NCBI GenBank assembly: GCA_964016885.1
Contig: OZ024752.1
Location: 2,232,001-2,296,000 of the forward strand
Length of the DNA: 64,000 bases
From: Eledone cirrhosa
Lineage: Eukaryota
Direction: 5' to 3'
The translations under genes were made by a program, and so were the position numbers. Positions 14,331 through 29,677 of the stretch are shown here, piece after piece (the stretch's first letter is position 1; the number at the start of each line of letters is the position of its first letter). The notes beneath the pieces are model-generated. The model ran no database searches and was not told the DNA's origin. It saw nothing but the letters and a program-made list of their open reading frames with translations.

Positions 14331-15058
14331 AAGTATTTATACGTACATACATATAGACGTACCGTAGTATGTATATATATACATACATGCACACATATAT
14401 ATATATATATATATATGATATATGTACGCATGGGTTTACCGAACATTTATTATAATGTTCGGTAAGCCTATACGTACATATATATATGTCTGCATGTATG
14501 TATATATATACATATTACTGTACGTCTGTACACATATATGTCTGTACGTATAAATACTTATATTTAGCTATCAGCCGTACTAAGAGTGAGAAATGAAATT
14601 TCGTTTCATTATTTTCCATTTATCGTGTTCGGTGCGCCCGGCAGACTAACTCACTCGATATGCAAATTAGGCTGCTCGGCAAATGCATAAGGAAAGTATA
14701 TACTTTCAAACGTTCAATCATCTGACAGAAAGGCATACGATGCTGATAAGCTAATAAGCTTGAAACTAGTACATTGTTCCTGTGTCAGTGTTGAACAAAA
14801 GGGTGACGATGGTTGCCGAGCACTGTACGGCGTAATTCGGGCTGTTTGTTTACAATGTAACCGAACATTATAATAAATGTTCGGTAAACACATACGTACA
14901 TATATATATGTCTGCATGTATGTATATATATATATATATATATATACATATTACTGTACGTCTGTACACATATGTGTATGTACGTATAAATACTTATATT
15001 TAGGTATCAGCCATAGTAAGAGTGAGAAATGAAATTTCGTTTCCTTCTTTTCCATATT
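14331..15058 (+). mobile_element. Family F non-coding element: 5' inversion plus ~1.5 tandem units of ~425-435 bp, decayed HHR at 14739-14775
   Basis: 14455-14620 repeats at 14877-15058. 14331-14463 is the inverted arm. HHR-like: gatg-ctgataa-gctaataagctt-gaaa-ctag-ta-catt. Confidence 0.65.
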
Positions 15059-15178
15059 TATATATATATATATATTTATATATATGTATGATATTTATAT
15101 TTCCATATGCATTTATATTTGTATATGTATGATATTTATATTTATATATGCATTTATATTTGTATATACATATATATT

Positions 15179-15244
<66 letters not shown>

Positions 15245-15781
15245 AGAGAGAGAGAGAGAGATAGAGAGGGGGGCGGGAAATGAGACAGATCAATAGATAG
15301 AAGTATGAATACAGATATAGTTATACATATATATGTATGTTTATATGAAATACATATCACTTCATCATACATCTGATCGGTATTTGTGAATGTGTCTACA
15401 AACTTGGGAAACAATAATCAATGCACATTTGACTTTGCTGTATTCTTTTGAAGCTGCTGTTTTTTTCTCCGTCGCTGTACTGTGTTTTATTCAAAAAAAT
15501 GTTACTAAAACTTATAACTGTGAGTAATAACCAAGTTCTGTTACCGCCTTTAACAACATACTTTTATTCATTGATGCACTCATATATATCAATATATGTA
15601 CACACACGCAAATACAAAAACGCAAAACCACACACACGAACACCCCACCCACCTCTAACTGCGAAGACAGAAATAATGAAAAACGCCCCGTCACATACAA
15701 TATAGATATACATATGTGTATGTGTATTTGTCTGTATGTGTGTGTATTATGATTGAGGGTTGTGAGGTAGATATGTATGTA

Positions 15782-16753
15782 CGAGCGTCGGTTGCTGCCC
15801 AAGATGTCCTGATTGAATGTGACCAAACGAGGTTAATTTTTCAACATAATTACTCTTGCCTCCCAGAAACCTATTCTATTGCTGTTGCAATAGTTAGATC
15901 CCATTGGTGAAGAATCGTCAGCCTGTTGGACAAAGAACGTGGCCAGCAGCCTCTATAACGTCATCACTGCGATACTGGTTCCCAGCCAAGTGTTTCTTAC
16001 ATGTTGGGGGAAATATGATAGTCATATAGAGCCAAATCAGGAGAAAAAGGTCGGAAATTAACAGGTTAAAGAACTTTTGACGTACTGAATCTTTGCTTCT
16101 GTCCCAATGTGGTGAACCCATCACAGGTCCAAAGAATCCAGCTGGATCTGCCTCAAACAATGACATATATATGCGTTATATGATCAGCCTGGTGCGCTCT
16201 TGATCAGGTGTGAAGGCGTTGCATCCGCCGAGGAGAAACCTTCGTTGTGTCAAGTTCATTGTGTACAATATTCTGAACTTTCTCTCAGAATATACTAATA
16301 TAATTGGATATTAGAATTATAGTCAATTACCAATCAACCATCACCATGTGGTGAACAAGATCAATGTAGTCGTCTGTGGCAGCTGTTAGAGGACTTCCAG
16401 ACGGTGGATCGTCTTCAAGACTCCCCCGTCCCCTCGGAATTTCAGCTATCCCCTTTCACCCTATCGATAAAGCTGGTGCATTTTCCCTTAACGTAGCAGC
16501 CATGTTAGCATGAATGTCCCTCGAGGAGAAGGGCTGCTAAACAGTTATTCTGCACATACTTCATAACACAACATAGCCATGTTTCAAGAGAAGTTTCTCC
16601 TAGTTACATGTGATATTTTCTTGGACAGTCAGTTTAAATGGAAGGAAAAAATGCAGTTATAAATAAGAAACGTTGAAATTAATGCATGCAAGATTTCACA
16701 GTTCTAGCATCACTCCTTCATAGTAAGTTTATGAACGTTTCAGCCCAACATCG
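15782..16753 (-). mobile_element. Mariner transposon, internally deleted and decayed
   Basis: Minus strand: DIHANMAATLRENAP, SLEDDPPSGSP, VHNELDTTKVSPRR, KKHLAGNQYRSDDVIEA, C-terminal NYVEK. TA on both flanks with diverged TIRs. Confidence 0.85.
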
Positions 16754-17140
16754 TAAATTAATCATATATATGGATATAGTGTTTTAGTGAAATATATAAT
16801 ATATAATCGGCTCAGGATAGAGTGAGTTTCTACACATGTATGGTTGAATATTTCCGTTTAAATTTTCTTTGAATAAACATTGTCACGGGTTCGATTAATA
16901 TCTCGGATCAAGCCAAAACAGTGAAGTAACATTGAGGAGACAGAAGCTATGTGCAACCCCATCAGTTGCATAAGAGTTGTAATTCAAATACTAATATTAA
17001 TTATTTTCCTATGCCAATTCGGCTTCGGAATTCTATTTATATGTTTTTGTGGAATTTCATACATATAGAGGTTAATTCAGAATGTGGACATTCTCTCCAT
17101 CAAACTAATAAAGAGTCATCTTCAAAAACGAAGGTGTAGC

Positions 17141-17198
17141 CATCATGATCATTATGATCATGATGATGATCATGATGATCATGATCAGCAGCAGCAGC
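17141..17198. repeat. (GAT/CAT)n and (CAG)n low-complexity repeat
   Basis: Direct reading. Confidence 0.85.
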
Positions 17199-17496
17199 GC
17201 AACAGTAAACATCAAAATCTCCATAAGATGTATACATATATGCATAGATATTTATGTAATATATGAAATTCATCCTTTGGGAGAAAATATCAACATGTAA
17301 TTTCATTTGTAAGCCATAAAAATTACTTCTGAATATATCTTTAAATAAAATAAATTCTTAAATGAAATATTTAAGAAGACTCATATTAAAAAAGTATACT
17401 TTCATGAAATAATAGAGTAATTGAGAGAAACCCACCTTCGTTCTATCCATATACCCCCCCCCTCCTCCCTCTCTCTCTATATCTCCATCTCTCTGC

Positions 17497-17545
<49 letters not shown>

Positions 17546-17926
17546 TGTGTGTATATAGAAAGAGACAAAGAGGGGATAGTTTTATCGGTAAACACGGTGG
17601 CTATTGCAAAAGTAACTGATTGTAGAATCCTCTCTAAATTTCAGAAGATGAGTCACCTGTTTCAAAGTTTCTTCATTTCGCGATAAAAGCATGTCTACCT
17701 TTCTGAGTCATAACATAACATCTCTCGCTGACGGCAAATTGGAAGATATTGATTTAAGAAATCTACAGTAGGTTCCTAAGACGACCGTCAGTTTCTTCCG
17801 AAGCATACGCAATCACACGCTTTCACACAAACACAAAGACATACATACATATATACATACATGCATTCATACATACATACATACACACATACATTCATAC
17901 ATACATATAATTATCCATACATATGT

Positions 17927-17981
<55 letters not shown>

Positions 17982-18499
17982 TATAGATATACAGGTAGTG
18001 ATACATACACTAACTACTCCCAAACATTGAATCATACACACACAATTATGTATGTATATATCTTCGTATGTATGTATTTGCATAAGTCTATTTTTCTGTT
18101 TGCGTGCATCTGTGGGTACTTGGGTCTGTGAGTGGGGGATGTATGAGTGTAAGCTTTCATCTTGGAAATCAACTGGTGAAATTTCTAAGCAGAATATTTT
18201 TTTTTTTCTCACGTTATAATGTAGTTATTTTTGAAGTAGGTCTTCTGGTAGTTAATGGAGTCATTGTTTTTGTTGCTATTTAAAATGTTTTTCCATTAGT
18301 AATCTCCATGAACTTGGTGGCGTAGTCGTCATCAGACACATCAGGTAGTGATGGTGTTGTTGTCATCACCGTATATTTATTTATTTATATATATATATAT
18401 ATAAAACATCGTGCAATTTTCCATATTAAAATCATGTAGACATTGTACTTATATGGTTAGAGATGACATTTGATGGAAGAGGAACTTCGATTAAATAGA

Positions 18500-18637
18500 C
18501 CCAAACATTTGACTGCTACTTTTTATCGACCTGGAACGGTAAATACAAAGTTGGCGTCGGTCAGATTTTAACTCAGAACGTAAAAGCTGATAATGAAATG
18601 CCGCACAGTATTTTGTCCGACACTGACGATTCTGCCC
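18500..18637 (-). mobile_element. Older, diverged MetaSINE-like SINE
   Basis: tactttttatcgacc...caaagttggcgtcggtcagatttaactcagaacgtaaa...gtccga...gattctgcc resembles the family. Confidence 0.6.
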
Positions 18638-19095
18638 AAACCACTTGTACTAGTAGTCGTAGTTGCTGTTGTTGTTAAAATATAAATATATATATATATT
18701 TTTTATTTTTTGTTATTGTGACATAATTCTTAATATAGGTGGTGCTGTTAACACAACTTTCTAGAATGTTAACTCTCATTGGAATAAATACGATAGAATA
18801 CATGTTGATGGGTGTTTGAAATATGTTACCTTAGTGCTCTTCGTCTTGTTGATATTGTAAATGTAGACGTTTAAGTTTAAGAGAAATTTAGGTTATGAAT
18901 GCTTGGCTTTTGTATACTTTAGAGTAATTGATATAATTAGGTGATAGTGAGAGGGAGGACGTTTATTCATATTGAATTCAAATTAATTATGGTTAATTAT
19001 GGTGTAAAATATAAGACTTGATATCATAAAACAGCGTGAAATATGTTTATATATATGTATATATGAGTTGTTATATGAATGTAATTATATGTGTA

Positions 19096-19183
<88 letters not shown>

Positions 19184-19400
19184 AGATAACCTACCTCTCA
19201 TACACATCAAAAAGACACATAACAGCATATATATATACAGAGTGACACAGATGCTACTGCGCATATGAACATAAATAGATGGGATTTGGTGAAGACAGTT
19301 TGATCAATCATATGCCATCTCTATGAAAGTGAAATTATGTCGACGACTTTCTCTATATGTGAAAAGTATGTAAACAGATTTGTACCGATGGTTTATATAT

Positions 19401-19590
19401 AATTGTTTCTACTTTAGGCACAATGCCAGCAATGACCCAGTGCATTACTGGTACTTTTATTTTATCGACCCCGTAAGGATGAAAGGCAAAGTCAACCTCG
19501 GCCGGATTTGAACTCAGATCGTAAAGGGACGTATCTATGCTGGAAAGCATGGCGTCCGACCCACCACCGATACTGCCAATCCACCGCCCT
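19401..19590 (-). mobile_element. MetaSINE-like SINE, full length
   Basis: Head, B-box, Meta-like core and tail all present. Confidence 0.88.
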
Positions 19591-20909
19591 TATATATAAC
19601 GACATCACGACATTATATATAAACCAATGGTTTATATATAATGTCGTGATGTGATGAATTTTATTTGTAATAAAAAATGGTGATCGTTATAAAGTCATGT
19701 AATTCTATATGCCTCTGCCACGAACATGATGGCAAGAGATATATTCGATATTATCTCTTATTTACTGCACTTATACAATGTGTTGCATTGTCGAATCATC
19801 AGTGAAGTCTACTTCATGTTAAATTCACACCAGTAAATTCAGCATAGTATGTTGTAATCGAGAGATATTGTTACGTATTTCACAATTGCGGGATTCGATG
19901 TTCCTGTGTATCTTTAAATGTACATAGATACATACTCAAATATAATGGGAAATAACTTTGAATAATATCCAAAGTTATACAGTTATTCATTGTATTTGTC
20001 ACTCTGGGAAAGACATAGGAATAAATTTAGACATGTTTTTTAACTAATTCTCCAAATAATTTAATCTACATCGCTTGTACTTTATTATAATATAGCTGAA
20101 TTAATTTTGCCCTGGTAAATCACTTTTCCTTCTGACTTTATTTCTTAACTGATACTTCCTTTTGAAGCGTAACAACCTTTAATGTAGAATATTGTCTGGC
20201 ATATATTAACATATATTTCATCTTAAAATGTTGTTTACAACATTGACCAAACATTATAGAAATCATGGTTTCATACATTTCCTAAAACTTTAAATAAAGC
20301 AACACTATTCTACTTATAAATAAAATATAAAATGTAAATATATATATTGAATGGTATATCAAAAGATATCTAAGAATATTGGGTTATTTGAAATATCGAT
20401 TACATATTTTACCTACTGTATTTACATTGATAATCGTAAAAATAAACTTGTTTGTATGTATGTTAATATTATCGTTGCAATCCGTACATGGTTAAAGGTG
20501 CGTTTTATTAAATCTGAGAATTACATTAAAAAAACACATCACCTGTAGAAATTGCATAGTAAATATTGTATTTTTAAATACAACGGTGTTTAAATAGGCC
20601 CAGGCATTACAAGCTAACGTGTTCGAAGCACATTCATTCATTTATACTATTAAAGATCTTGCCATATAATATGATTGTCAAACTATGTATCCTTGAATTC
20701 ATTTTATTTCTAATCAATAATGACTCGGCTATTTATAGAAATATGGATCCCTATTTTAGAAAAATAACTGAAATATTAACCAAGAGAAAATATTGCCAAT
20801 ATATGATTCTGTTGTATGTGATTAGCTTTGATTGATTTCATTCTATGAATGCTTAAATTCTAAAGATAGCATGACAAGCATGTACGGGATAAGCACCACA
20901 AAACTAGTA

Positions 20910-21210
20910 TAAAGCTACTGTTGCCTGAGACCTCTCTGAATACGTAGACTCATCAGGCCCGTGCTTATCTCGGTTTATCTGGCATGAAGTGACTGGCAGT
21001 ACAAGAATTCCTCTGGGCAGGATGCCAGACAATTGAAGTATTAAACTCTCGGCTTCAGCCAGTACACATTTTTGTCAGAGAATACTGGATCATTGTGATA
21101 CGAAGTGGTTTTAATTAAGCAAATAACACATATCCAAGTCCAGGAATGGAAACCATGATGTTATGCTCATATCTCCAACGCACCTATCCTTATATCTTTC
21201 AGCGCCACTC
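20910..21210 (-). mobile_element. Old tRNA-derived SINE with CORE-like and Deu/Nin-like domains
   Basis: Minus strand contains ctggcatcctgcccagagg and gtcacttcatgccagataaaccgagataagcacgggcctgatgag, matching recalled SINE domains. Confidence 0.55.
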
Positions 21211-21780
21211 AAATATACCATCAACATTTAAATTATGTTCTCTCTGGGATATTTTATCTATGCTATTTGGAAGTAAATAAATGGTATATCATATTTCCAT
21301 TACTTTAAATGTATTCATGTCCTCTCTAATGATTGAGTGAATTCTGTTTCAATAATGACAGTATTATTCAGAATTAATATATATAACTAAGAAAATAATA
21401 TTTTAGAGAAAGCGAATAGATATTGGTTAGAAACAAACATATTCACATAAAATGAGAACATATTATACGGTTCCATTTTTAGATACGAAACCCTTCATAA
21501 TCGTATATTTGTATTATGTTGTACTCTCATCGATATCACCAATGTAGCTAAAAAATAGAAATAGTGCAGATGCGGTTGAATAGGGATTAAATACTATACT
21601 TCACCTATAGTCTCCTTTAAAAGGAATTAGCTTTGCATTTGTAATGTGCTAATAAAATAATTACCAGTATCATTTTTGGTTTCTATAATCCCACTCTTAC
21701 ATTATATGACAAATGTAAACCTCGTCTTTCGAAAAGATCCGTGAATCTCAATAAATACTTTGGGTTAAAGGACTCGAATT

Positions 21781-21878
21781 TATGTTGCGAATCTTTATGT
21801 GTTTATTTAACGTAACACTATCTTCTATCCATCTATATACATGTTAGTGTCACTGCTGGAATTCCACACACACACGCA

Positions 21879-21943
<65 letters not shown>

Positions 21944-22558
21944 ATTTCCTAGTTTTCTTCTGTACTCTCTTATATATCCAGTGAAATGTTAACATTGAGT
22001 AAATATATTATATAGATGTTAGTAATTAGACATATATTATTTACGACAAATGTAAAAACTACCCCAGAATGTAAAGATTTAGCGAATAAATACATCAACG
22101 CGAATAAATATCTGACGCTTTAGGGATTATGCTAACTCAACTTATTCTTCATCAGAAATTATTTAATGAAATTATATATATATATATTGTTCTCTATTTA
22201 GTTAAAGAATGGGTACAGCTTTATTATTTAGATATTATATTTTAAATAAAATCTAAATTTTATATCACATATTATATTATTAATAAATTTGAAGTATTAA
22301 ATATTCTAGATTAAAGTTTAAAATATACACGTGGTGAACATACATTACTATTTTTTTATGTATGTTATATTCCTTAGTGTCGAAGAAACACGTAACTTTG
22401 TCATATCATAATACTTACATCTATTTATTTAGTAAGAATAAACAAATAATATAATTATATAAATATTTTACTAACAATAATAATTCTGTATTTGATATTT
22501 AAAGAAAAGTTTGATATGGCTGTGATTGCATATAACTTTTAATATATCTAAATATAAG

Positions 22559-22640
<82 letters not shown>

Positions 22641-23152
22641 TATATATCCATCTTTCTGTTTCTGTCTTTTTTTCCCAATCATTTTCTGTCTATATGTAAT
22701 CATTAGAAAATATAGTAAGCATATGTATTGGGACATAATAGGAAAAGTAAATATCGAACCTGCAATTTAATAAATTAAGAGGTGTAATATTTGTGTAGCT
22801 TATTAAATTCTAAAACCATTTATTGGAGAAGTTAGTGAAATGTAAAGTGTTAATGTATAATAAATTCTTTTCAATATAATATGCGACAAAAAATATATAT
22901 ATAACTTTGTATATATTTACTCAATGTTAACATTTCACTGGATATATAAGAGAGTACAGAAGAAAACTAGGAATTCCATATGTATCATATGTATATATAT
23001 ATGCGTGTGTGCGCGAGCGCGCTCGTGTGTGTGTGTATGTGTGTGTGTAATTCAAGCAGTGACACTAACATAGTGTGAATATTAATGAACATGTATATAG
23101 ATGGATAGACGATAGTGTTACATTAAATAGACACATACAAATTCGCAATATA
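21781..23152. repeat. Inverted repeat pair (21781-22007 / 22912-23152) with ~900 bp spacer
   Basis: cctagttttcttctgtactctcttatatatccagtgaaatgttaacattgagtaaatata and its reverse complement, plus matching outer blocks. Confidence 0.9.
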
Positions 23153-23711
23153 CCTTTTAAGCTTTCATCAGTATGATTATATCCAGCATCTCTCTTGTTT
23201 ACTCACTCGGTACTGAGACACGTTTAATTCATATCTTGTACACTTTCTGTTTATAAATCCTCTGTTGTTGTTGCTCATTTGTATATTGTGCGAGCTTGAC
23301 TGGCTAGACTCATTAATACCAAAACTAACATTGCCTGAGATTCATATTAAATGTGTATATGGAGGTATAATCGCTATGTTTAATATAAATAATATTATGA
23401 TTTTGGACCTATAGCTTTAGTTTATGCTTATAACCAAATGTAGAAAATGATAATACTGGATCATATTTACAAGAATGGATGATGAAATTATCTTCATAAT
23501 TCTTGTACAGCGTCAGGCGTCATACCTCCACAAAACCCCGTATCTTATTTCTCTCTCTGTATGACTTTCTGTTTCGATAGAGTATTAAGGGGGCAATTTA
23601 ATACCGACTTATTCCAAAACATATAGTGAGTCGATATACGTAGATATATAATCCGTTGGTAGTTTGTTAGTTTGTGATGTCGGAGAACACCAAAGAGAAA
23701 GGTAAAATAAC

Positions 23712-23886
23712 TTTCTACTTTTGGCACAAGGCCAGCAATTATCAGAGTGTATTACTGGTGCTTTATTTTATCGACCCCATAATGATGAAAAGCAAATTTA
23801 ACCTCGGCGGGAATTGAACTCGGACGATAAAAAGCCGTAACTCTTTGCTGCAAAGCATGGCGTCAGACCCTCTACCGATACTGCCA
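23712..23886 (-). mobile_element. MetaSINE-like SINE
   Basis: Same family core and tail. Confidence 0.85.
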
Positions 23887-26181
23887 AAAATAGCGATTCT
23901 TATTTTGTTAGACCAATCAGCGTCTTCCACATGGGGATAAACGATAAGGACTGACAGCACACCAAAACATGTTTCATTTAAGTTGAACAACCATAGATAT
24001 TGGATATTATTCATTCCCATTAACTACTTTATATCACTATACGTATTTCAAACCAGCAAATCAGCAATTTATGGTACATGCCCATGATATAGACGAGGTT
24101 GTTAGTCAACACAATATATCCTTTGGAAAACTGTTCCAACATATATGCAAAAGTAAATGCATTTATTTTAATGTTTCCATTAAACAAGGTAAAAAGAACT
24201 TTGCAATACCCCTTGGATTGTTACAGTAACAAGAAATGAGAACATACCACTGATAGATTTCTGCAAATATATTGACCTATTACCCGACAGTAACCTATGC
24301 GGTATCCTTTCGAAGAAGCGAATCCTTCTAAAATATTCTAAGACCAAGTTACGTTTTTATTCTTGAAATATATATAATCGAGCAGATATAAATAGAATCA
24401 AATCAACAACGTGTGAGTATAAGTCACTTGATTCGTGTGTTGCAGAGTAACTTTGAATTAAAACCCCGTGGTTGCATAGTTAACCAAATGGTCATGCTAG
24501 CATTACACTTGCAATATGTTATTAGCTGCAGACAGGAACGAAATTGTTTTCTAGATGTTGTTTGAGAACATTTGATAACACACATTACATTATATCAAAA
24601 GCATAACGCAGTTTCACATATCTTGCTTTATATACAGTGATCATTAATATAGAATTGATGTTCTCTTAGAAGGTTAGCGTTAATATACATAACAAAAATA
24701 TTTTCTATTTTATTATTTTTCCAGACTTAAACCGATATATATATATACCCATTACATATATTTTACATTCTATTTTCCTTCAGATACTCCCCTTTCTTGT
24801 TAGAATTAAAATGATTCTCATAATAATAATATACATTCAATTGCAATAGATATATTTTTATAGGTAACTTCTCCTCTACCTGAAGAGAAAAATAAAGGAT
24901 TATTTTCATGTTCATTACAGAAACTTTTTTCTCATCATCAGACGAGAAACGCCTCTATGATTTGTGGATGGAGGAATTTTATTAAAATAACACTTTATAT
25001 TTCTTATAGGGTAATGTCATTGTCAGTCTATTTTGCCTGACGTGTTTGCAATATTTGGTAACGTAATAAATTAAATAATAGATTTATCTGCAAGAACATG
25101 GCGGGTATTCAAATTTTGATGTAGATTTAAACAAATACAACCACCCTGTTTATATTGGAAGTCTTGGCTGTGTACAAAATGATGCCAGTTTTGAAAACAC
25201 TTTCAACTACTCTTCCGTCATCAGAATAAAAAGAACATAAGGGATTGTGTTAACGTTGTCTTTCATTGAGTTTTCAGTCGCCAGTAGAGGATGATCACAT
25301 TTTAAAGCAACCGTTTAATGTTGAGAAGAAAGAAATCCACAATTGATTCACTTACATTTTACAATATTAAACCTGAAAAAAAGACGATTTTTGAAACAAT
25401 AATATTTACGTATACATGGATATTCTCAATATAGTTAAGGATTCATATTCAAATATTCGTTAACCCTTAAGATTCTATATTCTGGTATTACTTTTGGAAA
25501 ATTATATTAGCGAATAATAATTCTAAAATATGAGGGTAATATAACAAACATAATATTTCGTAGATTACATTTGTTAAATAATGTTCCTGCATGTATCAAA
25601 GCACGCAAGAAACTCAACGTACCGAAGACGAGGTTCAGTAGCATTTAATGAAAACTCCTCTAAATGTGTCGCGTAAATTTGTATATATATTTCCATTTAA
25701 TACCTTTATCTATCTGTAAATATATTATGTAAACAACGTAGTTAAACAATATTTTCCATGCATTGAATATTCTTCGGTAAAAAAACACACAAATTGTATC
25801 TTAGAAATGATTCTGTTTCATTTTGTGTTTGATATTTGTTTTTAGTTCTGTGCCAAAGTTTCACAATTATATCTGCCGTTTGGACAGATCTATCTGAGGT
25901 AGACATATGTATTAGTTTTGGAAGCAAAAATACCGAGGAACACATAGTTTAACACATTTCCAATTATGCATTCTATATACTGATTATCACCTATTTTATT
26001 ATTTATGCAAACATTCAATTTCATCTTGCTTACGGTTATAGATGTACTGCTAGGGAATTAGATTGTCTCTGTTATACACAATATATGTCGTAGACAAGAT
26101 AGAGAAATACGGATTGAAGGGGAGACAACCAAATACAAAAAACCTTACGAATATGTACATATACATACATACACACACAGA

Positions 26182-26232
<51 letters not shown>

Positions 26233-29200
26233 TTACACTTTCTTTACCTTAATCTCTCACACAATCTCCGTTCTTTCTCACTCTCGTTCTCTTACTTCCA
26301 CTCTCTCTTCCATATATGTCTTGTAACAGAATGATTCCAATTCTGTACTTTACATGTTTGCAGAAAAAATAAGACAGAGTATGTTGATATAGAGAAGACA
26401 TATTCGAAAAAGATTATTGTATCTATATGGGCTGTTCGAAATGATTTACTGTTCGTCAACAGACTGTGGTAACAATCATTTATCATGTTTATCAGAGGAA
26501 TAGTCAATTGTAAACAGCTTTTAAACGTGTCCATTAAAGCGAACCGTTACTAACTTGTATTCTTAATTGTACCTGTAGGAAATCTATATCTAATAGTCAA
26601 ACACTACTGATATTAAACATGACAATGGCAATGGGAAACCTGGGCAAATACTTATAAGAAGAGTTGCAATGAAGCAGAAAAAATGAAACATTGCACAAAA
26701 GAGATACATTTACTAACAATGATCGAATATATTTTCTTGAGGTTACGGGAAGATAAATGCTAACAAATTTTGTATAGCCATGCCAAATATTTATTTTTGG
26801 ATTTGTTATATGTACAAAGCAAAACCCGTAGTGTAATATTAATTTATGTTAGCTTGGATATCTAAATAAGAACAGTATGTGGAGCGGGAACTGGAATAAA
26901 ATATTTCTTCTCCAACCGATAAATAAAATCACATTAATGTAGTGTGACTTAATATCTGAAGTGTTCAGGGTTTGCATTCGAAACAGTAGTAAATAATTAT
27001 ATAACGAATAAATATTTATATATTTTATTTCGCAAAGCATAATTTAACATTTTAAAGCTTTTTACTATTCTATATATTCATAGTCACTATTAATTATCTT
27101 CAATATATTAAAGAAGAAAGTACTATATTAATTTACAAACATAATGGGATGATACACAGGAAAATTCATATGGGGAATTATACACATATTAAATAAAATA
27201 AACTGTTTTCTAATAATATTTGACTTTCATTTCAATAATATTTCAACAGAGTTATTATGTGTACAGGTATTTCCAATGGATTCAAATCGTCATTGAGATA
27301 GATCTACATTGTTAAATGCATAAATGCAAATGGTATGTCACTAATTACATTAATCAAATATGCTGATATTAATATATTTATAGTCTAAAAATAAACACAT
27401 TTCAGAAACATTAATTAGTATCTGTTTAATAAACGTATTTTCATTTTAATATAAATATAATCTCCAGGATTATAATTTCACTTTGTAATGCTAATAATGT
27501 TCTTATTATAATTTCCGACATAATACCTCTGAAGACAAATTGGTTGGTTAACCAAGCCCTATCAATTCTGCCACACAGTTTTCTCTTGAGATGTTTGAAC
27601 GAAATCGTACTCAATATAGGTAAAGTATTTGGAAACTAGTCAATGTTGGACATGAAGCAACATGAATTTAAAGCCATTATTGTAGAGTATATCAGGCATA
27701 AGTTCATATATACAACAACATGCCCTCGTTATACACAGCACGATTTCGTGCTGTGATTTCATGTAAAATACGTAATTAGAAATAGCCTCGAGGAAACATT
27801 TTTACTGTTGATTGTGAATAAACTAATCCTTTTAAAATAATCGAATAATGTTAATTCTATTTTTAGTGCTTATTCTTACTGATATGTACAACTGAGAGGG
27901 AAGGGGAAGTAAGAAGTTGACATTACAAGGACGCTATCATTATTTTTCTAACAAGTCCGCTGGAAATAATAAACTTTCCAGTGCAGACGTTGATGATTAA
28001 GAGTCCTTAAGATGGAAGTATACTTTGGTTCCTGATAAACGTAGATGTTTATACAAGATAAAAATGTATGTACAATGTATAAAACTATTTGTTTCTACTA
28101 TGGTTTACACACTTTCATCTGAACATAATCCATTCTCTTGTATTTCCTTCAACATCTTATTTACATAAGCAATAAGTAAATTTGGTGCCGTGGGGTATAT
28201 GTCAATTACGAACTTACATATTTATTGTTGATTCTTTATACAGAGTTAAGAGCAGGCTAGAATTATTATGTTTAGGTTTCACCATTTCATTTCTAAGTCT
28301 AAATGCCCTTGGATTCCAATTTGCCTTTTCATGAACTGGGTATCTATAAAACTAATACCAATATTACGGTACACATGTCTTCTATATCTTGCCAATTTTC
28401 TTTCAATTATCCCTAATTTACTTTTTATTTCGCATGAATACACGGGAAGAGTGATACAAAGACGGCAAAAATCGAAGTTTCATCTTAGATACTTCGAATT
28501 AATAATTTCTGCCGTCTGGCAGTCTATGGAGTTTTAATCGAAATATCTTATACCTGAATGGGTAATTACAGCGCTATTTTGCGTCATCAGAACGTATCGT
28601 CAGTCATTAGATTTAAAACGTTCGGTCTGGTCTCTTATAAAATTGATATTCTGATTCATGCATTCATACAATCTTGTCTGCAATCATCTCCATATTGTCA
28701 AGAACGAATATTTTTGAATAAAGTAGCCATTTCCTGAAGCAAGTTAACTAGATCAAACGCAATATGATGTCATCATCCTAGTTAATCAATCATTAAATTT
28801 AATTTGTGTATCGAATAGAAAGTAACTACGACATCTTAACTAAAATTACCAGATGTGTAAAAGGGATTACAAAGAATCAATATTGAAGATGTAAGATTAC
28901 CGAGACAACAGGGTGATATTAGATAATTGAAAAATTCGTTGGAGTTTGTGTCAAAAATATTTTCAGCAACTACTTTTACTTGCAACAATTATCTTTACGA
29001 GGTCATTAAACAAATATATCCAATATTTATCACCCTGTACTCGATTATATAACTATATATAAAAGTGCATGAAAGGTATTCAAAAATACATAGATAATTG
29101 GTGAAGTTACTATGTATACGTTATGTATATTATGCTATTTAATTTATTGAGTAGTAAAATACATATATATATATATATGTCACCATCGTTTGTTCATTTA

Positions 29201-29473
29201 ATGCCATATGGATTGAGGTAAATATGTTTGACTTTAATATAATGTTGAAGGATTACAACATGGCAACATGTTTAACGATAAGTATATATTATCCATGTAA
29301 TATATTATCCATTATAATCAAGGAAAGTGTTTCGTTGTTGGATCGCCCAGCAGGTCTCAGAATTGTAAAGCGGACTTCTTAAACACTCGAACCAGTGGCT
29401 TTAAGATCAAACTCCCCAGCCCCATATATATGAATTAAATAACCAAGGTTAAATTGCATTATTTAATACATTT

Positions 29474-29677
29474 GGCGGTGGGTTGGCAGGGCGGTGGACT
29501 GGCAGTATCGGTAGAGGGTCGGACCACATGCTTTGACGCATAGAGTTAATGCCGTTGCCATTCTGAGTTCAAATCCCACCGAGGTTAACTTTGCCTCTCA
29601 TCCTTACGGAGTTGACGAATAAAGTAACAGTAATTTACTGGGTAATTGCTGGCCTTGTGCCAAATGTAGAAACAATT
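29474..29677 (+). mobile_element. MetaSINE-like SINE with duplicated 16 bp head
   Basis: ggcggtgggttggcag followed by ggcggtggactggcag, then B-box, core and tail. Confidence 0.85.

Noticed and set aside
20948-20960. cctgatgag on the minus strand
   Set aside because: Part of the SINE body; no hammerhead second half.
24700-27630. Possible host exons after polypyrimidine-AG sites
   Set aside because: No consistent open frame or recognisable protein. An intronic setting cannot be excluded without RNA-seq.
19790-28600. Isolated CTGANGA hits (~19797, 22150, 23166, 24880, 24935, 25218, 28585)
   Set aside because: No correctly placed GAAA, stem III and stem I; expected by chance.
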